From a bacterium (GTDB lineage Bacteria; Hinthialibacterota; Hinthialibacteria; Hinthialibacterales; Hinthialibacteraceae), in assembly GCA_963663405.2 (NCBI GenBank), contig CAXXSM010000088.1:34360-98359 (forward strand): a DNA stretch of 64,000 bases, written 5' to 3'. The notes below the pieces were generated by a model. The model made no database searches. It was not told where the DNA came from and saw only the letters and a program-made list of their open reading frames with translations. The position numbers and the translations under genes are program-made. Below, one piece after another: positions 32,388 to 40,741 of the stretch. How positions within the stretch are numbered: position 1 is the stretch's first letter; every line of letters starts with the position of its first letter.

Positions 32388-33656
32388 ATGAACGAACTTC
32401 CCCGCATCGCTTTTATCGAACAACGTTTCCCCCGTCCCCAAGTCGGCTCGATCGCTCAAGCCATACAAGGCGGATTTAGCACTGATACGCTGGCTCAAAT
32501 GGATCTCCGTGGCAAGCAGTTAGCCATCGCGGTTGGCAGCCGGGGGATCGCCAACCTTGCTGAGATCGTTCGTGAAACAGTGACGGTTCTTAAGACGCGC
32601 GGCGCGGAGCCGTTTATTGTGCCCGCGATGGGTTCTCACGGTGGAGGAACTCCAGAAGGTCAGCAAAAAACCCTCGAGGATTATGGCGTAACTGAAAATA
32701 ATATTGGAGCGCCGGTTCGATCATCAATGGAGACAATCTGTCTCGGTGAAACCAATGACGGGATTCCCGTACACATCGACCGGATCGCCTCCGAATCTGA
32801 TGGTATTATCGTCATCAACCGGATCAAACCTCATACGGATTTTCACGGCGTCATCGAAAGTGGGATTCTCAAAATGATCACAATCGGATTGGGAAACCGC
32901 AATGGAGCGCTAGCCTGTCACGCCAATACCAGCCGCCTGACGTATGACCAAATCATTTTATCCATTTCAAACACCGTTATCGCGGCGGGAAAAATCCTTT
33001 GTGGCGTGTCGGTATTGGAGAACGCTTATCACGAAACCGCTTCGATCGAAGTCATCCCCGCCGCGAATATCGAAGACCGTGAACGCGCGTTGCTGCCCCG
33101 CGCAAAGGAACTAATGCCCTCGCTTCCCGTAGATCAAGCGGAGGTTCTGATGATCGATCGTATCGGGAAAAATATCAGCGGCGCAGGAATCGATCCGAAT
33201 ATCTCCGGCCGTTGGTTTGGCGTCAATCATCGTGTGCAGGAAACGCCTGACATCACCCGCATCGTAGCGCTGGATCTGACCGAAGAATCAATGGGAAACG
33301 CGGTCGGAATTGGACTGGCGGATTTCTGCAGTAAAAAGCTCGTCGACAAGATGAACCCATCCATCTCCTATCTCAACTCAATCACATCCCGCAACCTGCC
33401 GACGGTTTTCATCCCTATCCATTTCGATACGGATCAAATCATGATGCGTCAAGTCATGGAATCATTGGGGGAACGAGTTACGGCGGAGAATGTCCGGCTG
33501 CTCTGGATACGCGATACGCTTTCACTCAAACGAATCGCCGTATCGGAAGCGTTGGTACCGGAGTTAAGGGAGAATCCACAAGTCGATTCAATCAGTGAAT
33601 TGCAATCGATTCGGTTTGATGAGGATGGGATGCTCGATGGGCTTTTTGATGATTAA
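32388..33656 (+). CDS. LarA-like N-terminal domain (DUF2088) protein
   Basis: AIAVGSRGIANL, FIVPAMGSHGG, INRIKPHTDF, ESGILKMITIGLG and GKNISGAGIDPN motifs. Confidence 0.8.
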   Translation: MNELPRIAFIEQRFPRPQVGSIAQAIQGGFSTDTLAQMDLRGKQLAIAVGSRGIANLAEIVRETVTVLKTRGAEPFIVPAMGSHGGGTPEGQQKTLEDYGVTENNIGAPVRSSMETICLGETNDGIPVHIDRIASESDGIIVINRIKPHTDFHGVIESGILKMITIGLGNRNGALACHANTSRLTYDQIILSISNTVIAAGKILCGVSVLENAYHETASIEVIPAANIEDRERALLPRAKELMPSLPVDQAEVLMIDRIGKNISGAGIDPNISGRWFGVNHRVQETPDITRIVALDLTEESMGNAVGIGLADFCSKKLVDKMNPSISYLNSITSRNLPTVFIPIHFDTDQIMMRQVMESLGERVTAENVRLLWIRDTLSLKRIAVSEALVPELRENPQVDSISELQSIRFDEDGMLDGLFDD

Positions 33657-33763
33657 AAACGGTGAATTCGATTTTGTTTTTTTGTCTGAATCAGGATCAC
33701 CAAGATTTTCAGGATATGCAGGATATTAATCTAGATGACATATTTCAATCGGTATTAATAATC

Positions 33764-34144
33764 CTACCCAATAAATCCATTCCTCAAAATATACAATGCC
33801 CGTTCTAATTGAGATTCTTTCACGAAGGTATAATCCGCTTCCCTATTTGGGATGGTGAAGACATGGACGCCGGCTTCGATCAACGCTTCTACGATTGAGA
33901 CTAACATCCCCGCAAGTGAAAATTTGAAGGAGCCTTCTAACTTCAGCGCGCGCCAGCCGCGTTCGCAGTCAACGCCTTCAGGAACATGCTTTTCAAGACA
34001 TACGATCGAGAGTTCATCCGACGTGCGCGTCATAGAACAGAACGGTCCCACCGCCGCCCACTCCGGAATCGGTTCATGCGGGCTGAACCGGCATATGGCG
34101 AAAATATCGTCGAAAACGGAAAGAGTTAATGTGTTGTCTGTCAT
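33764..34144 (-). CDS. ACT-domain protein (ACT_7/CASTOR-like)
   Basis: SMTRTSDELSIVC, GWRALKLEGSFKFSLAG and DYTFVKE motifs. Confidence 0.88.
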   Translation of the reverse strand: MTDNTLTLSVFDDIFAICRFSPHEPIPEWAAVGPFCSMTRTSDELSIVCLEKHVPEGVDCERGWRALKLEGSFKFSLAGMLVSIVEALIEAGVHVFTIPNREADYTFVKESQLERALYILRNGFIG

Positions 34145-34317
34145 GGGGATCGCTTCCTCATTAATAATTCTCTATCACTATATACGATTCGACTGGGATG
34201 GTTAGTTTAATTTTTTTTCAAAAAACGATTATTTTTTTTCTGTCGAAAATAAAAGGGAAAGATATATTGGAGTAACGGATAATTATAAAAAAGATAACGA
34301 TCGAGATTACAACGAAT

Positions 34318-34472
34318 AAATGAAAATGAGTTGCGGGAGAAATCTCTAACGAGTAAGCTTTAGAAACTCATTTTCATATAAACCAACATGATTGAGATCA
34401 CAATCTGCAAATGAAAATGAGTTGCGGGAGAAATCTCTAACGAGTAAGCTTTAGAAACTCATTTTCATATAA
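34318..34472 (+). repeat. Dispersed ~91-bp hairpin repeat, tandem copies D and E (cores 34320..34377 and 34411..34468)
   Basis: Two identical 58-bp cores ATGAAAATGAGTTGCGGGAGAAATCTCTAACGAGTAAGCTTTAGAAACTCATTTTCAT at a 91-bp period, joined by the same linker seen in copies A-C. Confidence 0.92.
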
Positions 34473-34692
34473 AAGAGTAACGAGTGGAAAATGCGAATAT
34501 AAAATGACGATCGGCCTAGGTGAAGGTGAGGAGTATGGATAGATCTCTATCTTTTTGAAATATTTACCGCCGCCGATCGTCTAATTATATCAGATACGGT
34601 TCAAGGTATTCGTTATATCGTTATCGGCATTTCACCGTTCCATCTCATTGAACGCTTCACGGATTTGCTTTTAAGCATAGAGGGATAGGAAA

Positions 34693-35016
34693 ATGAGTGA
34701 TGACGCGAAAATACTTACAATTGAAGGCGATTTGGATTATCAAGCGGTCTCCAAGATGGACAAAGTGATGGATCAAATCCGTCTGCCTCAATCCGGCCCG
34801 CTTGTGATTGATTTGCGCAACGTATTGTACATGAATTCGTCCGGTTTAGCGTTGCTGTTAAGACTCCGGCAACGGGCGAAAACCCCCGTTATTCTAGCCA
34901 ACCTTTCTGAACGGATCCGGTCCCTATTCCAAATCTACCGGATCGAGGAGGATTTTTTCACCTTCATCGAAGATCGGACGCTTAAGCCGTCTCCTGTTTA
35001 TGTGGAATCGCGTTGA
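34693..35016 (+). CDS. STAS-domain anti-sigma factor antagonist
   Basis: IEGDLD, VIDLRNVLYMNSSGLALL (phospho-Ser motif) and VILANLSERIRSLF. Confidence 0.88.
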   Translation: MSDDAKILTIEGDLDYQAVSKMDKVMDQIRLPQSGPLVIDLRNVLYMNSSGLALLLRLRQRAKTPVILANLSERIRSLFQIYRIEEDFFTFIEDRTLKPSPVYVESR

Positions 35017-35021
35017 GTAAA

Positions 35022-36337
35022 TTATTGAGAATTAGCGGCGGGCAGCATTTGCAGGCATTGAATCATGGCGCGGCCGTCGTGGGTAGGGGGATTTCCACGA
35101 ACCGGCTTTGTCTCCAGCCGGTTTGCCATCCTCACCGATTTGACTGTGCCAGTCACCATTCTTCCAATCAACCTGTTTTTTCTCAATCCAATCAAGCGTC
35201 TTCAAGAAACAGTTCAGATACACCTCTTCCCCCGTTAATCGGTACATCGTCAGCGCGCTGACAAGAGCCTCCGACTGCACCCACCAGACTTTGGCGCGCC
35301 GGTCGGCGTGGGATCGAAAACCACCGGAATCGTAGAATCCTCCATTCTTTGTGTCATACCCGTATTGAAGCGAGTATTGGAAGAGCGTGTTGTAAAGATC
35401 GACGAAAGGCCCGTTGTTGATCCCGGCCGCCTCACAGGCTTCATAGAGCAGCCAGATATTCTCCAAGTCATGTCCGTAAGAAATCCGGTCGTAGGAGGGG
35501 CTGCGAACTGGATTCCAGCTTTGCGTGAATTTGTCTGTACAGGCGCCGATCATCTTCCGGACGACAGAATTGCTCTGGATGTTGATCAATTCAATCAACC
35601 GTTCCCGCGCCACCGCGTCACGGGTGACGGTGTAGTACGATGTCAACGCTTCCAGCAGGTGCAAGTGCGTATTCCATCAATTTCATGTTGGGCGGCACAC
35701 TCATATAATTATTGACTCCGGGGGAGAGAGGAACCCAATCGCTGCGGAACGATTCCTGATAACCGCCGTACGTTTTATCATGCGCGATGTATTCAAGCAG
35801 ACTGAAGAGCTGCCGCGCGAGGGATTCCGCCGAAGGATCGCCGGAAGCCAGCGCGTATTCCGAGATCGCGTATAGCGCGAACGCCTGTCCATAGAGATGT
35901 TTGTCAGGCATGGTCGGCACGGCGCCGGTTGAATCCACCTCCCAGAAGAAACCTCCCCGCTGCTGATCCCACATGCGGTCACGCAGGAACTCATACCCAT
36001 GCCGGGCCGCATCAAGAATCGAGTCCGCTCCTACGCCGGCATTCACAAGACGGGAAAAAAACCAGACGGTCCGGGCTTGTGTAACGAGGCGTTTATTCCC
36101 CCTGCCCTTAAACTTGCCATTCACATCATGATTGAGTTGATAGCCACCATCTGTCTGGTCGAGAGTTTGAGGATACCAAAATGGGATGATGTTCTCGTCG
36201 AGAATTTTCCCAATCGTTTCCGCGCTGACCGCCAACTTTTCTTCGGCGGATGAATTCGTCTGGGCTTGAATTCCTTTACCGCAGAAAATACTGACAAAAA
36301 GAAATAACGTTACCAAGCATAGAAACCGAGGACGCAT
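35022..36337 (-). CDS. AGE-family epimerase/isomerase (cellobiose 2-epimerase-like) with signal peptide, frameshifted
   Basis: LVTQARTVWFFS, KHLYGQAFALYA, HLHLLEA, SYGHDLE, KVWWVQSEA and WKSPY(H)DGR. Frameshifts near 35670 and 35085. Confidence 0.88.
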
Positions 36338-36553
36338 AATTGTTCTCCAGCAATAAGATTGCGCCGGCCCGGCCGGCGTGAATATCTACTAAAAAAGGTA
36401 TCGGAAAAAAGAGGAAAATGTCTATGAATGGATGCCGTAATAAAACCTTGCAAGAAGAAACGTATTCAAACTTATATCAGACAGTAAATCAACACCGCAA
36501 TATGTGATATTTTTTTCTATCGGGTAATTACCGTTTGGATCTGTTATTATAAC

Positions 36554-37006
36554 TTATTTTTTGCTCAAACACTCATTGCAAATCCCACGGATTTCAACTT
36601 TCTTTAAATTGATCTTTCCAAATGCCCCCGTAGATTCGGGGATGGTGAGTTCATCAAATTCCGGCCAATAGAAATCCTCGATTTTCTTGCACTCCGAACA
36701 GATGAAATGATGATGTTCCTCTAAATTGGAATCATACCGGCCTTTGTCAAACAAACATTGAACGCGCGTAATCAGACCATATTCTTCAAACAGAGTCAAT
36801 GTACGATACACGGTATCCAATGAAACGGTTGGAAGAGAACTGCGGATCCGGTTATAGATCTCTTCCGGTGTGGGATGACCGGGCAGCGAAAGAAGCGCAC
36901 GATAGATTTCCAATCGTTGGTGAGTCACTTTCAAATCGTGTTCACGACATAGATCAGTAAACTCATAGATACACTGTTCAATCTCCGTTTGGGACCTGGT
37001 TTTCAT
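36554..37006 (-). CDS. perR: Fur-family transcriptional regulator, PerR-like
   Basis: KVTHQRLEI, HPTPEEIY, SLDTVYRTL, HHHFICSEC and C-terminal CNEC. Divergent from rubrerythrin once the IS is removed. Confidence 0.85.
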   Translation of the reverse strand: MKTRSQTEIEQCIYEFTDLCREHDLKVTHQRLEIYRALLSLPGHPTPEEIYNRIRSSLPTVSLDTVYRTLTLFEEYGLITRVQCLFDKGRYDSNLEEHHHFICSECKKIEDFYWPEFDELTIPESTGAFGKINLKKVEIRGICNECLSKK

Positions 37007-37203
37007 TATTAAGACCTTAGCATAGACTTTCTTAATCCAAAATTAATATTATAACCGCTAGAAAAAAACCTGACAAAAAAAATCCAAGTATTTAACTATA
37101 CCTCAGACCATTCTCCCCAGTTTTTCCGGACACTTTTTGATCCAGCAAAGATCTGTTAATTTCAAAATACCCCTATTTTAAAGCCTAAGCAAGACTTCTC
37201 TAC

Positions 37204-37489
37204 TGTGCGTTTAGCCTGGGAACTTACCAAGCTAAACGCACATATTAATTTTAAGCAATTCTTTAAATATGCTACTTTTGAATACACCTAAACAATAGTG
37301 CAAATTCAGCGTAACATACTGACTGGAAAGAGTTTATAGGTATTTTCCTTTTCAATCGTCATCTCTGTTACTATCCAGAATCCCCATTTCTCCCCTATTT
37401 CAGGAAAAATAAGGGGAAATTTCCAGCAAAATATGTGCGTTTAGCATGGTAATTTTAGGGTTGATTTGTTGCGTTTAGCATGGTATAAT
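37204..37489. repeat. Four copies of a TGCGTTTAGCnTGG motif in the IS left end
   Basis: Inverted pair at 37204..37219 and 37227..37242 (16-7-16). Direct copies start at 37434 and 37470. Confidence 0.8.
37461..37489 (+). promoter_or_regulatory. Sigma70-type promoter of the transposase
   Basis: TTGATT-N17-TATAAT with an extended -10 TG. The ATG at 37496 lies 6 nt downstream and there is no Shine-Dalgarno sequence. Confidence 0.65.
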
Positions 37490-37495
37490 TCAGGC

Positions 37496-39938
37496 ATGAT
37501 TCTATCACCGAAATGCAGAGAATATTTCAAGGGTTTACAAGCCAAAGTCACTCAAGGGATGGCTCAGCATGCGAGTTCTACGCCTTATTTCTTGGAGGAC
37601 GATCCGATTGTCAGAAATTATGAGATCATTCGTGAAGTATGGATTGAAAGAGTTTCCATCCAAAGCATTTGCCACAAGTATAAGATTTCGCGTTCGCAGT
37701 ATTACGAAAAGGAAGATTTGTTTGTGAAATATGGCCTACTCGGTTTGTTTCCTGAAATCAAACCCGCTGCGTCTTTCGCCGATTTGGAACAACTGGTCCT
37801 TTTGGTCAGTGAGGCGCGTTCCTCTCTTTCACAGCAAGCCATGTTGCGGATAGCCGAAGCGCTTCCCTTAACACAAAAGGAGGCTGATATTGACTGCATT
37901 GCACAAATCTTGGCGTCATACGGCCGCTCCGTTTCTGATCAACCAGCGGACAGCTATTTCTGGGATCGCATCCAACGCATCCTCAAGCAACTGGGAAGAC
38001 TGAAGAAAAGCGGCAGGCAAGAACGGGACAAAAAGCAGCGGAGAAAAACCTTTTTCAGTGATCAGGATTCCTGTCACATGCGTTTGGAATTAGTACGAGA
38101 GTTGTTCTTCAATCCTTCTCTTGCCGTCAAAGAGACTTGTTCCCAGTTTGCGGTCTCGCTAACCAGCTATTACCGGCTTGTAAAAGATTATCGTCTTTGG
38201 GGGCCATGGGCCGTTCTCCCGGCGTATAGCGTCGGGAAAGATCCCATGAGCAGTGAAACCGAACTCAATATTCTCCTCAAAAAGTTACGCTATCCAGACT
38301 GGTCCGCCCAGCAAATTGTCAATGCACTGAAATTGCGTTGTTCACGATTTGCGGTCAATCGAGTATTCAAGCACTGGGATTTGACGAACAAAAAACGTCA
38401 CCCCATCACGTTGGACCAATATTTCCCGAGAGAAATTCGCACGGAGGATCAACCATTCCCAAGTCGATCCAGCGCCTACCATCTCTACTCCGAACAATCC
38501 CTTTTGGACTCCCGGCGAATCAATCGCCACTTTGAATTGATCTGCCAAAAAATGCAGACTCACGCCTACCATTTGTGCGATCCGGGACCGCTTTTGCTGG
38601 CGCCGTTTGTCAATGATCTGGGGATTGTACAGGCCATGGAGAGTTATGGCCCGGCGCGGTTGAGAGGTCAGGAGCTGACCAATCTGGCTTTATTGAATGT
38701 GTTCCGTATTGTCGGAGGCTACCGCCGCATTAACCATTTGAGCAACAATCGGGATCGTTCCGTGGCTTTTGCCAGTGGTCTGGGTCTATTTGGAACCCGG
38801 TCAAGATATTATCAGGATACTCTGGAATTCAAATTTGATCAATTACATGCTCTGCGTTGTGATCTGATCAATCGGGCCAAAGAATTGGGACTGATCGAAG
38901 GGATGAAAATCGCGTTTGATTTCCATTTTAAACGGTTTTTTCGGGGAACGCGGTCAAGAAAAAGGGATCGGCAAAGGGCCGGATAAATCAGGGGATTTGG
39001 TTCCAGGATTCCGCCCTCATGTCGCCTGGGATTTGGCGAAGAACACAATTCTATCGATCTGTTATTATCAAGGAGGTGTGAGAGCGCCAGGCATTGTGGA
39101 GCAATACTGTGAACACCATATCTTTCCTCTTTTGGATCCACTGGCTATCCGCGAGATCTACATGGATTCGGAATATACCAAAGAAGCCAGCCTGCAATAT
39201 TTCAAACAGGTTCGTTGCGCCAATGGGGAGGTTTATCTCTGCTTGAAAAAAAACCGGCAGATCAAAAAACTGATTGCGCCGGCTTTGGAATCTAAAGAGG
39301 AATGGGAAAAGTGGGATAATGAAGATGAAATCAAAACCATACAGGTCACGCTTCCAAAAACACGACTCCCCCTGCAAATTGTCATTCTTAGAGATCTTGA
39401 AACCCGGAAAAATATTCGCTGTTTTGGCAGCACAAACACGAGTCTGTCCTCAAAGGATCTGTTACAAAAATATCGATATCGCTGGTTGATAGAAAACGGA
39501 TTAAAAGATTTGGTTTACAGTTACTTTCTTGATGAAATGTATGGCAGTGATCCAGAGAAAATCGAATTTGAGTTCTACTGTGTGATGATTGCACGTTTGA
39601 GTTACGAATACTTTCTGAAAGACGTCGGAGGCGAATACTATCACCATGAAGACGGCAATAAAACCACTTTACAAACGATGCGTTGTTTACTTTTCGAAAA
39701 ACGGAACTTTACTTTAGAGCAAGATGCCAAAGGAAATTTAATACTTACATTGCTTGATACCAACGGGAATGATTTGGAGCGACGGGTCGCCCAGATGCTT
39801 GATGAGAGAATGGCTAACGGGATGAATAAAGTCTTGTGGTGGGGAAACCGAGGTCTTGTTTTACGTTTTCACGAGCAATACAAAAACGCCGAAATGTCCG
39901 GTGATGCCGCTGTAGTAGTGTCCGAAAAAGAAGGGTAG
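37496..39938 (+). CDS. Large DDE transposase (~813 aa if the T6 run at 38936..38941 is T5)
   Basis: ORFs 37466..38986 and 38916..39938 join at KRFF|GERG. Acidic triad in AFDFH, YMDSEY and YRYRWLIENGLK (Y-x2-R-x3-E, IS4-superfamily-like). Two HTH-like repeats at the N-terminus. The stop codon lies inside IRR. Confidence 0.85.
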
Positions 39939-40027
39939 AATCGTCTGTACCTAATTTTTGTTTAGAGGAAAGAACAATAATGAATTCAACCATTGACAGA
40001 CGGACATGAATATGCTCTAATAAGTCC

Positions 40028-40050
40028 TAAATAGGAATGATTCCTATTTA
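40028..40050. promoter_or_regulatory. PerR/Fur-type operator upstream of rubrerythrin
   Basis: Perfect 11-1-11 palindrome TAAATAGGAAT-G-ATTCCTATTTA downstream of TTGACA (39993..39998) and upstream of the rbr RBS. Confidence 0.75.
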
Positions 40051-40082
40051 AAAAGTCTATAGGAGAGAGAGGATATCAAACA

Positions 40083-40583
40083 ATGGGAACAACAGAGAAT
40101 CTACAGGAAGCATTTGCGGGTGAAAGCCAGGCTAACCGCCGTTATCTCGCGTTTGCTCAAAAAGCCGATGCGGATGGATTTCCTCAAGTAGCGAAACTGT
40201 TCCGGGCCGCCGCCGATGCGGAAACCATTCACGCTCACGCGCATTTACGCGCCCTGGATGGAATTCAAAGCACCGAGGAGAATTTAAAGGCCGCAGTGGA
40301 AGGCGAGCGATACGAGTATCAAGAGATGTATCCAGGATTTCTATCCACTGCGCAGCAGGAAGCAAACAAGCGCGCTGAAATCGGATTTCGGAACGCCAAC
40401 GCCGCCGAAGAAGTTCACTACAATCTTTATAAACAAGCGCTGGAACGAGTGCAAGCGGGTCAAGACCTTGACGCTATTTCTGTTTATGTTTGCCCGGTAT
40501 GCGGGAATATTGAGTTTGGAACCCGTCCGGAACGATGTTCCATCTGCAACGCTATGGGAGAGAAATTCTTCGAAGTTCAATAA
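40083..40583 (+). CDS. rbr: Rubrerythrin
   Basis: AFAGESQANRRY, ETIHA, GERYE, EEVH and C-terminal rubredoxin-like CPVCG...CSIC. Confidence 0.95.
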   Translation: MGTTENLQEAFAGESQANRRYLAFAQKADADGFPQVAKLFRAAADAETIHAHAHLRALDGIQSTEENLKAAVEGERYEYQEMYPGFLSTAQQEANKRAEIGFRNANAAEEVHYNLYKQALERVQAGQDLDAISVYVCPVCGNIEFGTRPERCSICNAMGEKFFEVQ

Positions 40584-40741
40584 TTCCCTTCCTTTTTCTA
40601 TTGCGAATTATTCTAAACTGGTCTTTCATTGAATTGCGGGATTTAATTCATGGATTCGCATCGCGATGATATATCATGCGAATCCGCTGTTCCCGCAATT
40701 CATCGCAATTTTATTTAATCCATCCTAACGGAGGAAAACCA

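Larger units (their letters stand above)
37104..39947 (+). mobile_element. Complete 2,844-bp insertion sequence (DDE type, family not assignable by eye)
   Basis: IRL CAGACCATTCTCCCCAGTTTTTCCGGACACT (37104..37134) matches the reverse complement of IRR (39917..39947), CAGACGATTCTACCCTTCTTTTTCGGACACT, at 25/31 positions by manual count. A 5-bp TACCT direct repeat flanks both sides (37099..37103 and 39948..39952). Confidence 0.92.

Noticed and set aside
34318-34472. Possible mini CRISPR array (two identical repeats with a ~30-bp spacer)
   Set aside because: The repeats are about 60 bp, and the supposed spacer is conserved beside the dispersed copies at 15.1, 17.3 and 21.0 kb. There are no cas genes in the window. 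It is a tandem copy of a dispersed repeat.
38930-38950. Programmed ribosomal frameshift in the transposase
   Set aside because: Joining the ORFs needs +1 at a T6 run next to the first catalytic Asp, not the usual -1 slippery heptamer. An extra T from sequencing error or mutation is simpler given the indel errors elsewhere.
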